64,000 nt of DNA from Atractiella rhizophila (taxonomy: Eukaryota), in assembly GCA_021432655.1 (NCBI GenBank), contig MU271383.1:1-64000 (forward strand), given 5' to 3'. Numbering within the stretch: position 1 is the first letter of the stretch; each line of letters opens with the position of its first letter. Below the pieces are notes generated by a model. The model was not told the DNA's origin, did not search any database, and worked only from the letters and a program-made list of their open reading frames with translations. The position numbers and the translations under genes are program-made. Shown one piece after another: positions 38,444-51,965 of the stretch.

Positions 38444-41400
38444 TCAATCTGTTTCAATCCCCAGACCACCCAATCTTTCCACGATGAACCAATCATTGTA
38501 CCATGACCTGGGAATAACCGCAACAACCCCTTGCACTTGCTTGACATTGACTACCTCAAAGTCACCTGGAAGGGCAGGTTGGCACGTCGTAAGCACTCCG
38601 AATGGATCATGTCGTTGGCAATCACGATATCGCTGAATTAGGGCAAGATGATGTGATAAATTGCTGACCTTTAGTTGAAGGAAATACAAGACCTCAGCGT
38701 AGGCAATCGAAACAGCAGGGGGTCCGGCACTTTCAGAAGGAGGGAACATAAGGCGTTTGTATTTGATCTGGCGGCTGATGCGAACTTCGTCAGGGGGCCG
38801 CTGGAGCTCTTTCCACCTGGTACGGACAATCTCATTCTGCGGCAACTGCAATCTTGCCCATTTGGTAAAGCGACCATTCCAAGTATCTGGTGGATGCCAG
38901 CGTGATAGATAGGCTTCAACTGCAGAACGCTCAGTGGAAGGAAGTAGCTGCACATCAGCCTCTCGAGCGCGTAGAAAACTGAAAGTGTTTCCTAAAGGCA
39001 AGGCACCTCGTGGTGGCGGCCACTGTTTTTGCGGAAGAATAAGAGTTGGGTCGATGGAGCGTACTGCCTGGCATTGAGCTTGTCGCATGGTTTCCTGTGC
39101 CAGATTCTCATAAGGTCTCGGATGTTGGCGTATTCGAGATCCGAGAAGCCCAATGGTATGCTCCAAAGTCCATTGAGTAATGTAAATAAAAGGCCCTACA
39201 CGTCGTGTTTGTTCACAAAGATGGAGCAACTTGTGCAGTGAAGGTCGGCAAAAATGAAACCTTTTAATGTCGTTCTGATAGTAAATATCTTCGAATTCAA
39301 GGACAAATTCGATTATCAGCTTCTCGATCGAGTTCAACTTGAGCAAATCTTGAGAGATGCTACGTTGACGCAAAGCGCGCATGCAGTAGACGATCTTCAG
39401 GTAATGTTGAAAGTAGGTAGGTGGAAGATGGCTTTGGAGGAGACCAGGACCTAAACCATAGAAGTAGGTTTCCCACTCTTTCGCTCGATAGCCAGAATAC
39501 TTGATGTCAATGTTGCGACAAAATTTATCCCAGAAACTGGGTAAAAAACATCGAGTGTTCGCGACTTCGACCCCATGCTGTTGCCAGCGAGCTCCCAGAA
39601 GTGTTTCACAAGGGAGTCGATCTGTAGCAGGTATTTCCTGAGCCTCAGCATTGGTCTTCCCTCGCTTTCTCTTCCCCAGGCCATCACTGCTTGTTTTCTT
39701 AGTCTTGTTGTCAGTGGGCCGTATGATGCCTCTTCACAATCCAACCATCAACTCTGTGACGTTGAAATTAGGGTGGTGCATCCCGTCAATAACGAAGCAA
39801 AAAGCGGGCCACCTCCCAGAGTTTCGATTTGGGAGAATAGACTTTCTCCAACAATACCATACTCTCTCTGAAGGCGCTTCTGAAGAGTTGGTTGATTGTT
39901 TGCTTTCGCTTGTAGAATGGCTGTAACATGGGCACAGTATTGATCCAGAGTCTCCGTGGGAAGGTTGTAAGGATCGTGGTTCGGCTGCATGGATAATGGC
40001 TCAAAATAATCATTGGGGCATGTGAGAGGAAAGTAGTAGGTCGGAGCACCAGGTTGATGCGCAACTATCAATGTACATCCATTAATATGGCAGCCCATTC
40101 ACCCATTATGCCCAACTTCGGTAGCAACAGCAGTTTGGCAGAGAGTATCGAAAAGGTTAAGTGCTACAAAGGGCCGAGATCGAAACCAGTGTTCACGGTC
40201 GCCATCAAACAAAGGAAATCCGGTTGCATGCAAAGATTTGAAGCGATCGAAGATTGGGAGAAGAAAAGAGTTTTGATTCCACGGTGGATGTGAGCCGGGA
40301 ATAATGGCCAGTGGGATAACAAATTGTTGCTTATAGCGGACCTCTGGTGGTAAATTATAGTCAATAAGAATGATGAAAATAGAGTCTGAAGGTTTCTTCG
40401 TGTTGTATATTTGTGCCCGTCGGGAAAGCGCTAAGACACAATCTGTTGGAAGAATCTTGAGGTCATGTACTGCTTGAAGATAATCACGGCCACAGTAAAT
40501 GTCATTGAGTTTATCAACTATGCTTCCAGGAGGGTAGGATTCGGTCAAGAGAGCGGTCTGTTCAGCTCGATGCTTCGATAATTTGGCTCCTGCTGAAGTT
40601 GACCAACGGGCTTGAAGTGGAACTTCGAAAGGCACAACGTAGTACTTCCTCCATGAAACTTGAATAGAGCGGCCGCTCTGGTTTGTTTTGGTGAAATATC
40701 GAGACTCGCCACATTTGGGATAATCGGTTCAATCCTTCCAGAGCCCAGTATATGCCACGTGGGATTGGGAGCACATGTCGAAAGATTCTGGGATAATATG
40801 ACTTCGTTCCCTAACCAGCTTCTGAACAGCTTCGAGTGTAAGTGCCTCAGTTTGGAATCGCTTGAGGTGCAGTTGCCGTAGGTCCTTGTAGACTTCACCT
40901 GCTGCTCTACCATGACAAGTCATGTAAAGCTCTACAGATATCATCTCCTCTTCTGCCAGAGGGTGGTAATGATACTCCTCTTCCGGAGAGACAACTTGTG
41001 TAAAACCCATTGATTCGTACAACTTGAATTGCTCTTGAATGAAGCAATCATGTTCCCAGACATCTTGTGCAAGCCTCGAATCCACTATGCGGGAATTATC
41101 AAGAAAGTCACAGAGTTCGATCATGTCGGAGCAAATACCCACGATCAGCTACTTCAGGCCCGTCTTCACTCTTACATCCCTTCTCACTATTTCTTATGTC
41201 ATCCTCCCTTTCACTGTCCCTAGGATTCTTATCATCGCCACTTGGTCTTCTTCTCCATCAGACTCCGAGCTGTCTTCATCCACCGAAGAATGAAATTCAT
41301 CAGCCTCTTCGACATCTTTCTCTTCATCTTCCTCTTCTTGACACCTCTTTGAACTCAGGCCAAGATCTCTCCCAACCGCTTCATCCCAAAAATTATCGGA

Positions 41401-41708
41401 ATTCTGGCACAGCTCAACAGATTCAGGTATCTCTTGTTCTCTCTCAAACTCTGCTGGCTATGAAAGGAATATCAGTACTGATCCACATCGATGGGTAGAT
41501 AACAAACTAGTCTCAACTCATCCATCCCTCCTGTTCGATGATTATTCGATCCACTTGGCCAGTTTACACCACCTTCTCCAGCTTGTTCCAAATCCATTCG
41601 AACGCTCTCATGCTTAAACGCTGTCGAGTGCTTGATCTGTGTCCAGACTCCTCCACAAAACGTCTTGCAATCACAATAGTAGGCTTCCTCACTCCCTGTT
41701 ATGCTCAT
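38444..41708 (-). pseudogene. CACTA/En-Spm Tnp2-family transposase C (degenerate)
   Basis: YYCDCKTFCG, FDMCSQSHVAYTG, DIYCGRDYL, YNLPPEVRYK..IIPG, CRPSLHKLLHL..VGP..TQWTLEHTIG, KWARLQLP. Confidence 0.88.
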
Positions 41709-41849
41709 TCTCTCTTATTTCATCATTTATCATACACTGACACATGTTGTTATCATATAGTTCGCTTCCGAGTGAATGCCATGTGAAGCTATTACTTCGA
41801 CAAATTTTGTCTCCCAACTTCTTTCAAAATGAATACATCTCAGCCTCCC

Positions 41850-43500
41850 TTCGATCCTATTTTCTTTTCCCCAGAGGTCAGGATCGCTTTGACCATGTTA
41901 CTGACCATTCCAATGTTGCAACGGAGCAAGGTCAGTTCTCTGGACAACTCCATTTCTTCCTGATCAATTTTGTTTCAGGGCATTATTTTAGCAATCTTGA
42001 GGCCGAGACAGCATCGCTACAGACCTTTTCCCTTACCGAGATGGCTGCAATTGGAAAAGCTAACCAGGCGACACTTTTGGAAGCAGGTAATACTACCCTG
42101 ATGCGACTTTTACTGAGGATCAAGTTCTTAGAAGGAAAAGTAGAGAGCTTGTGAGTATTTCAATTTTTAAGGGGCCGATCTGTATATGAGTTTCAGGGCA
42201 AATACTACAACTGCTCTGTCACTCCGCTCCCCTGTCGTTACAACAAATTCATCCACCCCGTCTCTTCCCTCCAGTACTCTCCGTGCACGTCAAGCAGTTC
42301 TACGGGGCACTGGAAACAATGATATCCCTGCCAGATGGCAACCACGGAAGTATGAATACGAGTCAATTTCTCCAACATGTCCCAGCACAATTCCCGAGCA
42401 TTTTTGGATGGAGACAGTTTGGAATCATTGGAAGAAGACTCCAGTAGAATCAGGAAACAAGCCACCTGAGAAGCGGACCCGTCTTATCGATGAGGAAGGA
42501 GTTTGCATCTCCACTGAATCATTCATTAGGACGAGTGCACGTATGATCCTTACTGATTTTCTGTCTCAAACAAGCTATCGCCGGTCAGTGTGGAAAAACT
42601 GGAAAAGAAGTGATGATCGGTGTGATGGAATCATTTCATCCTGAGCTCAAGCTCTGCGCGGACCACTTTAAAGCTCAATTTTTCTTGCAGGAACAGCTGG
42701 ACGAAGTTCATAAGCTTTGGAGAGAGGAGGATGGGTTAGAGCAAAAGTTTACAAGAACGAAAGCAGAGGCAGTGGATGCATTTTCTGTGCCAGAAACTCC
42801 TCAACCTGCAACTCACTTGTCAACCCTTTCTCATGTGGATATGGATATGCCAAGGTTCGTCCTTCCGTACCATTTAGTATGCAAAGGGAATCTGTATTTC
42901 TTTGTCTGTAGGCGGGAGCCCAAACGCACACGAGTCACGTATGTTATCTTGTCTTCTCTTCTCTTCCGTCACACACTAATTGGCCTGACAGCTCTACGAC
43001 ATCTTCATCCATGGACGACGTTCGATCCATGCCAGAGGATGCCGAAACTCAGCCTATAACAATGGAGGAGGATTTGCATTGGGATGCTATTAGGAGGAAT
43101 AGTGCTGATTCCACAGAGATTGTTGAAGATTGGTCCACCTTGGTATAAGTGCTTTCTGACATCAAACAAGAGTTCGCTAACTGTTACCAGCCCAAGAAAA
43201 CTAATAACCAGGCGCCAGATGGAGAGACACGAAAGATAGTCTCCGGAACCACTGTAGCTCAAACTGATTATCTGGTTTGTCACCATTTGATCCATCTTTC
43301 CAATCGGGCACTAAGGATTGCTCCTGTTACAGACATGCAATATCCCTTCGATACCTTTGATACCCCATGCTCTGGATGTGGCTGATCTGCCCACACCACC
43401 GTCTCCGCTTCCACAACGGCCAACACTGGTCGTACCTGGTCTTATGGATTGCTCCGAAATGTCGGAAGGGAGCTCCCTAGTGAGTGATTTCATTCAATAA
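41850..43500 (+). pseudogene. Companion gene divergent from transposase C
   Basis: Multi-exon; coiled segment LRIKFLEGKVESL, WMETVWNHWKK, LIDEEG, ESFHPELKLCADHFKA. Confidence 0.6.
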
Positions 43501-44479
43501 ACAGTGTTTTGTCTAAGGTCCTACAAATGGAAAACCTTCTCCATCACCGCCCACAATGCCCTCTCTAGCTCCCTCAAGCCGCATCGAAGTAACAAAGACT
43601 ATAACGCCAGGCAGTATACTTCGTATCACTTCTCATTCCATTTTCGTCCAATCTAGCTGAAAGGTCGCATGTAGGTCAGTTGGAAATGAGGAACGAGCCT
43701 AAGCAAATGACAAGTAGGTGACCTCTGCTATCTGCTGCAAATGGATGTAATATTGAGTGTATCAAATAGCTTTTACCTCCCCTGCTAGCTTTCCGCTTGC
43801 AGCTCCGCTCTCAATGATCCCTCTTCAAATTCCCGTTCCCAAGAGTATCTCCAAGTACAACAGGGAATGCAACGAACAGCAAGTCGCTTACTCACCCTCC
43901 GGTCTGTTGTTGACACTTCTTACCATCGCTATTCTGACATGTTTGGTAGATGATGCCCACAACATCACAAGACAGCCGTAACAAGGGCCAGTATGTGGTT
44001 CTTTTGTAGAGGATCATGACTGATTGTTGCATGTTGCATTAGGACAGCTTTTATACGCCATCGAGAGAGGCAATGGCAAACGGATAATCCGGATCTCCCA
44101 CTCCCTCTCATTGCGACATTCAAGGCTGAGTACAAGCTGCTCAGTTCGAAGGAGAAGAGTGTACGTGCTCGCGATCAGAACGATCTACACAGCGCTGGTC
44201 CCACAGTGTCTAAGCTGTATCTTTAGAACTGGAACAAACTAGCGAATCAACAGCAGACTCCTTCAACCACTTCGACTTTTACTCCACTGACGACGGCCTT
44301 CCCAAAGCCCCACTCGAATCCCACTCCATTTCAGAGGCCCGAAGCGTGACGGTGCAACGGAGGCTACTAGAATTGGTTGACTTATCGGGGATGTTGTTAT
44401 TGGTATTGCTGAGTGCAGTATCAGGGAATATCACGATACAGGATAGCAGCAGACAATATCAATGATTCGCTTTCAAAGA

Positions 44480-44664
44480 TCCTAATCGTTCCAAAAGGTT
44501 CCCAAAAAGCATCCCAGAACTACGAAAAGTCTCCCCCACGTGTTCCTGGCCAGCGTCCCAGAACGTCCCAAAACGTCCCAAGTAGTCTACACGATGGCAC
44601 GATTAGGGATCCTTCCCAAATCTTCCCAAACAGTCCCAAGTTCCCAAATTGAACTTGACAGGGG
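44480..44664. repeat. Probable right terminus of a CACTA-like element
   Basis: About nine tccca(a/g)a subterminal repeats ending in ..cttgacagggg (CCCCTG on the minus strand), the same terminal pattern as at 21004. Confidence 0.65.
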
Positions 44665-45186
44665 ATCATGCATCATGTCTCAAGCTCCCACAACGCACAA
44701 ATTCGTCTGAATGAATTATGCTGACCATTGCACACGCGGCTGATGCCGCTGATGAGGATGAAGATCATTGTGTTTCAGGATTTGTGATGCGGACGCCTAC
44801 TTTCACCCAATTTCAAACAGTCCGCGAATCCATCACTCCAACGAACGGCTTTGCGATCTGTGTCCTCACGATGGTGATCCCTGATCATTGCTCGGAGAAC
44901 GTTGAGATGATTCAAGTTGGACAATGTACTGATTCCCTGCAGGCATGATATGTTCTGTCCCCCTCTTGTCTCATTTAATGTGGGTACGTGGGCTTCAGTC
45001 ACGTGTGTCTTCTCCGGGAAGGACTCAGAAGGAAACATCGATTTTATGCAAGGATGACCAGGAAACAGAGTCAATCGCACTGGTCCATCTCATCACCCCA
45101 GTAGAATTAACACATGGCACTCCAATCCACCTCTCCATTCTTCCCTCTTTCATTTCTCGCCTCCCTCCATCAATACACATGCTCCG

Positions 45187-46190
45187 ATGCACGATGACTC
45201 CAACTCCAACTTGCAGCCCTTCACAAGCATGTTTCATCTTCCAGATAATCGCTCTGAGGTCATGTTCAAACCTATGGCCTTATACTTCGAGGAGGAAGGG
45301 TCTTTCGTTCCTCTCAGCGAAGGGGAGGAATCAAGCATCCCATCCACCAGTCTGGGGATAATCATCCAAATCTCATGCTCTCCAACTCGAAGTCCAGCGA
45401 TAAGTCTATGCACTATCACACACCTTCCTACCGAGATCCTCTCTCTCATCTTTGAGATCTTATCATTTGATAAATATGAACACCCCATTGAAGACCTCGA
45501 CGATGAATATCTCGTTTCCTTCAAGCGAGTTTCTGCCATCTCTCAGCTCTGGAAGGCTGTTTCAGTCCCATATTTCGATGATTTACTTGTTTCTATGAAG
45601 AAGAGGCACGCTCGTTTGAAAGCTTATCCTAATGCTGGGCGTTTGTGGACAAAACTCTGGTTCTGGGAAGAGGACTATGATGTCAGCGTTGAGATGGTGA
45701 AAGATGTCATCGCTGGCTCGCCGAATGTTAGGAGCGTGTACATAGTCGCATTTTGGAACGAAGATGAGGCAAAGATTGTGTTGCATGCGATTGAAGGCTT
45801 GAGGAAGTTGGACTGCATAACCTTTCGATGTCTAGGTTTGAGAAAGTGGAAGAAGGATGAGGTCGAGAATTTTTAAGAGGATGGGTGACAGGATCAGATC
45901 CTTCAATGCTTACGATGTCAAGGACCCTGCCTCGTCGACATCACCAGGCCTTCAATTGTCATCTGAGCTCAAACGCCCAGAGCTTCACACATACCCACCT
46001 CTTCCATCGCTCTCTCTCCCACCCACCCTCACTTATTTGGATCTCTCCAATCTGTGTCCCCTCCCTCCGTCTCAGGCTCCTGTCTACCACCTCTTCTAGA
46101 ACAGCTCATTATCAGGCTCGCCCCCCTACTCACCCGATGGGAAGACCTCCATGCTCCCCACTCCGCTTGACCTATCATACTCTATGAAAA
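45187..46190 (+). pseudogene. F-box-like gene remnant, paralog 2
   Basis: ITHLPTEILSLIF..SAISQLWK, AGRLW, GSPNVR, FWNEDEAK, followed by LRR-like LPPTLTYLDLSNL; stops at 45876 and 46099. Confidence 0.75.
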
Positions 46191-46571
46191 CAGGGTTCGG
46201 TAAGAATTCAGTCAGTTCCGTCAAAAGCCAGTTACTGCGCGGGCGAAGTTCAGTCTGCCAAGAGTGACTGAATGTTCGACAGTCCGATGTCAACAGTTTT
46301 TCGGCTCCGTTTCGGTGTTAGTGCTTGTATCAACGCCGTCCGTCGTCTGTCGACAAGGTTCTCAGCTCATATTGTACTTCGTGTTCTAGCGCACAAGTAC
46401 CAGCAGTAGGCATTAGAAAGTCAGAAGGTATCGTCCCACTGTCACGTTTGTGTATTGTGTAAACTGATAGATATTGTCTTTCGCAGGTGGGTTCCCTTCA
46501 CTACTTCCGACGACACCTCCCCCCTCCACCTTCCTCCCGTTGACCGACAACTGGGATCTGTTTTTCGCACC

Positions 46572-46653
46572 GTATCTGTAATGGAATGGAGAGTGACGGA
46601 GAGGGATTTAATGTATCTGTAATGGAATGGAGAGTGACGGAGAGGGATTTAAT
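46572..46653. repeat. Perfect 41-bp tandem duplication
   Basis: gtatctgtaatggaatggagagtgacggagagggatttaat occurs twice in a row. Confidence 0.95.
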
Positions 46654-46839
46654 GATTGTAGTTGTTGCATGGCTTTCATCGATGAGCTTTTTGTTGGTAT
46701 GTCAGTCTTTGGTGTTGGATTTTCAAACAGAGGCTGCATGCCACATATCAAATAGATTCTGTATCTCAGATCTTGCAGTCTTTAAGATAATATTATATTA
46801 CTCTGTATCCTCCTCCAAGCGGCTGTCTACATTGTAGGT

Positions 46840-48484
46840 CCAAGGATTCTTCTTGAGAACATAAACTTTGGAAGGAGAGGTGGCCGCACGGTCGTACCTG
46901 AATAAGCTGCAACCATTCTTCCAAACCCTTCTTTCCAGAAAATGCTCCTCTAGTTCCATTCTTGTCGTAGTACACCGAGGCCATCAGGTGGAACGGGTAA
47001 ACTTGAAAGGAGTAAGATTTCAAGAGCTGTTAATTGGCGGCTTGAGCGACGTTGCCGCACTGGACATGTTCAACGATATGTACACTGCTGGGAGAAAAGA
47101 TTGCTCGGATTGGGAGCAGGTAGCGAAAACCATCGTCTACAATCTGGACCATCATGCGTTGTCTATCGAGCTTTTCATTGTTCATGCCAACGCAGAATCA
47201 ACTAAGCCGCTTGCAGTTTTGGTCAAGGAGTGGGCGGCAAAGAAGACCATCGTATTATGGGACGAAGATAGCGAAGAGACACTCACTTTGGCCATTTCGA
47301 TATCTTTTTCGCTTGATTCACCTCTTCTCAGAAAAAATGAGGACCTCAGCACTTTTATTCTTGCCCTATTATCGTGGACTCCTGACGGTCTCCTGGCGGA
47401 CGACATTATCGCTATAGGGGATAACAACTGTCCTCGTCAATCGGAACAATCTTCTGTGCTCGTCACCTCAATCTTAACCGTCGGACTTGCTGAAGATATC
47501 CTGGATGCCCTGACAAAGTCGAGACGGTTGCACATGCTGGCACCAATTCGCGAACATATCAATCGCTTGGTCCTACGTCCCATCCTACCTTTCAAAGTCA
47601 CCGCTTTATCGCTTCAGCCGTTGACTGGGGTTCTCATAGAGAAGGCTCGTAAAAATGTACGCCGATTCAACGATGGAGCTGAGCGGATCGGACTGCTGTC
47701 TTCTCCCAACGATTATCCAAATCTTGAACATATACTCCTAGCTGCTTTCAAACATCTCGAAGATCCGACTGTTGGGCTCAATTTCATCATGGAAATTTGG
47801 CACTTTCTGTATCTTCAAAGGCTCCTCTCAGTAGCATTGATCCGTTGTGCTTTGTCCTGCAAACAGGTTACACCGCCTCCGCGACTCACAGGCAAGTTGA
47901 CGAAGGCTCTTGGGTTAGTTTTTCAGCAGAAGGGGAATCCACAACAGGCGTTGAAACAGTTCGAAGAGGCGAAGAATATGTATATGCGGGTGGAAGATTG
48001 GCGTGGGCAGGCCCACTGCATTCTCAGCAAGGGAGTGATTGAGATGCATCGGGGGAGGAATGAGGAAGCACTGAAACTGTTCGAGGCTGCGAAGGAGCTA
48101 TATCTGTTGCTAGAAGACCGGGGAGGCCAGGCCCGCTGCATTCATAGCAAGGGGGTGATCGAGCAGCGTCGCGGGAGGAATGAGGAAGCACTGAAACTGT
48201 TCGAGGAGGCGAGGGGTCTGTATCTGTTGCTGGAAGCTCAGCGAGGTCAGGCCGACTGCATTCTCAGCAAGGCGCAGATCGAGCTGCATCGCGGGAGGAA
48301 TGAGGAAGCACTGAAACTGTTCGAAGAGGCGAAACAGCTCTATTCAGTCGTGGAAGACGTGGGAGGTCAGGTTAATTGTCTCGACGGCTGTGCTTCCGTT
48401 AGCAGACAGAGAATGGCGCAGCAACTCTTTCAACTGTCAAGATGCGCTGAAGCGAGGGAGGAAATTATGAAAGCTCGTCAGTGA
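46840..48484 (+). CDS. STAND NTPase (NB-ARC-like, N-terminally decayed) plus TPR repeats; fungal NLR-like
   Basis: LVVVHRG (sensor 1-like), LGGLSDVAALDMF-like segment, LDHHALSIEL (GxP-like), SISFSLDSP, LHMLAPIRE (MHD-like); 40-aa TPRs with an exact 120-nt period (48061/48181/48301); no Walker A seen. Confidence 0.8.
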
Positions 48485-49131
48485 AACACAAAATGCTGCG
48501 AAGCTTCGGACATTAAAGACTCTGACGATGTGCTGGAAAGATTTTGCCAATCAGGAAAGGCACCGCTTGCGAAGCCTGTGGGAGAAGGAAGGCGACCTGT
48601 TACGAAAAAGGCTTCGAAATTCCGTAGAATTATTAGATTGTTTTGGTACATTTAGCCTCACGTTCTCGTTACCAACTGATCTTCTGTAGGGGTAAGTAAA
48701 GTCAGCTAAGCAAGGCAACGGAAGGGGAAGATGAACATTTCCGTTCAAACCTCTGTGCATCAACGGGAAGTCTGGCGATCCTTTTATGCTTCACCATATA
48801 TGCCGCGGGTAAAGGAGGAGAATGCTGAACTACTCTATGTTCAAGGGCAGAAGTGGATTTGTTGTTGAAGATAAGAGTAGGGAGAGTACGTCTGCAGCGG
48901 AGGCCTACAAGTGGTACAATATGGCTTACAACTACGTGTTCCTGACTAACCCAACAGTAAGCGTAAAGTACGAGCAAATAAAAAGAAAAATATCGATCTA
49001 TTCACCAGACCGGATGTGTTGTGATGTTTTATCCCAGCATCCAGCCAAAAATGATTGCACTTCAATTTTGGAGAACATTTTGCCAAGAAATGGATCTGCA
49101 AATGCGAGCCACAAAGCGATTAGGATACATT

Positions 49132-49548
49132 TTCCCCATAGCCAATCCTCTAGAGCGAGATAGAGATGAACCTCAAGTTGCAGTAAGGCCCCAAAGACAA
49201 TGTCAACCTGTTCGCAGGCTAAGCTATGATGGTTCTACGCTACACAACATTGAGGTGGCTGTGCCAGCTGGTGATTCAGCTGTATGAGAGAAGCTGTTGC
49301 ACTGGACCATGAATGCTACTATTCCATCCTCTTATATCAAAGCTGCTAAAGACCCTAAATGGGTGGGAGCCATGGATATAGAACTGGCATCTCATGAGCG
49401 GAACCAAACGTAGGAACTACATCCTTGACCAAAGCAAAAGTCGGTTGTTGGTAGCGGATGGGTGTATTCTGACAAGAGACTACCTGAGGGGGACAAAGCC
49501 TAAGGCTGGTGTCGTGGCACTAGTGTACAGTAAAATCCCTGGAATAGA
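49132..49548 (+). mobile_element. Internal fragment of the same Copia family
   Basis: High-identity copy of about 33815-34233 (integrase-RT linker and RT start); no LTRs. Confidence 0.92.
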
Positions 49549-49984
49549 TCAAAGCTCCCAAAGGCGAAGGTGTTTGACGTGATGCTTAGATTTGTCTGCC
49601 AACGAGGTGATTAGAGCGTGCTGAATGAGCAGAAAAGAAATTTATAAGATAAAAGTAAGGGGGGAAGAAATACGTAAAGGGCAAGAAGTGAAGCATGCAT
49701 GGTTTGGGAAAGAAAAGGGGTTGCCGCAAGGAACGGTATCAAGTGGTCGAAATGGTTGGGCTACTTAACTTATGTTGGCTCGAACGGAGCAGAGTTTTAG
49801 CCCACTCCTGCTCGAGCCATATTAGTATGGCCTCCTCATGCTTTTTCTTTTGTATCTCAGTATTCTCTCCGTGGAGTGTGTGTGGAATGAGAATCATTTG
49901 GTGGCTTGGATGAATTTTCAGAGAAGGAGGAGGGCTTCAGGTGCAGAAAGGACCGATGCATTGCTCATTAGCCTAATACCTGAT

Positions 49985-50222
49985 TTCGCAACTTCCTCAA
50001 AGCCCCTTCCTTGAGTTTGTGCTGTCCAATGGTCTCTACTCTTTGTCGAATCTGCTCTTCAGAATCCAGCATGCAGATTTGTGCGAACCGTTCATCTCCG
50101 TCAGAATCAGGTAGCAAAACTCCAATGCGATGGCACAGCTCCCCTTGAATCCGGAAAGAGTAAACTCCTTGGCCAGGAATAGGTGGCCGCTTGACTCCAA
50201 GAGAAGTAAAGGAAAGAGCATT
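49985..50222 (-). mobile_element. Helitron N-terminal fragment
   Basis: NALSFTSLG..YSFRIQGELCHRIG..FAQI; copy of about 58440-58672. Confidence 0.9.
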
Positions 50223-50223
50223 A

Positions 50224-51965
50224 GGGGGTGTCAAAGTTGTGATAAATCCCACTTGTCAAGCGGCATGTATTCGCCTAATCGAGGTTGATGATGATGAACT
50301 TAAGTGCACATGCAGGCTTATATGTGACTCAAAAGACACGTGCCTCAGAGAGCCGCATAACACACACGCGAAAGCCAGTAAGCGCACCTGTAAGCAAGAA
50401 CGGTTGTCCGGGTGCGGTCGCGAACGGTGCAGATCGCTAGATGTCCGGGAAAGCTGCAGCCAACTGCAGCTCCTTGCATGAATGGTATCTTCGCTCACTA
50501 AGCTTGTTCGCTGAAGGACGACCTGCACTCCCCTTTTCTCTCAGCTCTCCTCTCCCAGCTCTCCCAGCTCTATTAGCGTCAACATGTCACCAAAAGCCGC
50601 AGCCAGAAAGCGTGGTCGACCAGCCAAAAGGACGGCAGTCCCGTCATCTCCGGCTATCAATACGGTGCAGGCTGTTGAGTTCACACCGATGGAGTAAGTT
50701 CTTTCCTCCTTTGCTCTCTTGGTACTTAGGAAGGGGTTTGGTGGTTTTGTAGGTGGACTCACGGCCTCATCACGGCGATGCTCGACTTTGTGAAAGACGA
50801 TGATTATACTCGTCGAGGTCTCTACCCTGAGAATGGTGCTCGTTCCACGTCCATCAAGAAGGTGGAGCATTACCGAAATGTCGCAAAGAAAGTCTTTGGA
50901 CGGTTTCCAACCTACAGCCAATGGATTTCTCACCCAGATGAGAATATCGCAGAACAAGCTCGTATTTACTATGGAGCTTTGGTTAAGAGCAAATTAGAGT
51001 AGTATGTATTCTCATTTCTATCTTGGTTGGCACTCAGTTTGTGTGACTTTGAGTCATTGGAGTGTTTTCTGCCACATCATGCATCGGGTCCTAATGTCTC
51101 ATGTGGACTACATTCCCCATCTGTCTCACAGGTTTCTCCTTTTCTGTACTCCTTGACTAATACTTTGGTATGGGAATAGCTTGGATAAGCGATATGAGCA
51201 GCTCAAGAGTAACATGTCCAGCACCGGAGCGGGTCTAACAGAGGAGGAGGTGCGAGAGAATCCGGAAGCACGGAATAAGCTTGGTTTGTGGTTTCCAACT
51301 ATCTCAGAGTGTTTCTAATTACTGGTCTAGATGCGACACTGAAGAAGTTCCCATACTGGTGGCACATGTGCGAGCTGAAAGGACAACGCCACAACATCGC
51401 CGCACCTTCAAAGGGCAACTCTGCCACCCCGATTGACATCGCCCGCCTTCAGCAGAAGGATCCTCAAGCTGTGATTGTGGAGGAAGAGGAAGGTGAGGTG
51501 GATGAGCTTGTAGAAGAAATACCAAGCTTCGTTGCGGTTGCAATGAAGGAGGTTCTGTCTGGCAACGGAGACGAAGAGCAAGATTCGGAGCAGGTGACGG
51601 ATGAATTTGTTGGTATGCACCATTTCTATCTTCTATCTTCTTTGTACTTGATCTGATAGAGAATCATGAGTAAGAAAGGCAAATGTGTCTGATCAGCTTG
51701 AACCTGGCCATCTTGATAACGGTTTGTACTTTCTCCTGGCTCTTTTCCGACTGGCTAAGCTAACAGAGGAACAGATGTGTATGCGGAAGAACACCCCTTC
51801 AGTTTTGAAATCAACGCTAACCATGTGGGTATCGCCCTCACTGGTGATGTTCCTGGTCCTCCCGCTGTGTTGTCCGATGAGAGCGAGTTGGAGGAAGTGT
51901 TGATGCAGAAGCAGTTAGCACGGTCTAACCGTCGCCTGGAGAAGAAATATGGGAAGGGACCGTAA
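50224..51965 (+). mobile_element. PIF/Harbinger-like remnant with a Myb/SANT-like DNA-binding gene (ATG about 50584)
   Basis: Begins tta|gggggtgtcaaag exactly where the Helitron match stops; spliced ORF WTHGLITAML..MSSTGAGL..KFPYWWHMCEL..GNS; no transposase or right TIR found. Confidence 0.6.

Noticed and set aside
44480..44664. Telomeric repeat remnant
   Set aside because: Units are irregular, are not TTAGGG, and end in a transposon-like CAGGGG terminus.
46572..46653. CRISPR-like repeat
   Set aside because: Two adjacent copies with no spacer, no cas genes, eukaryotic context.
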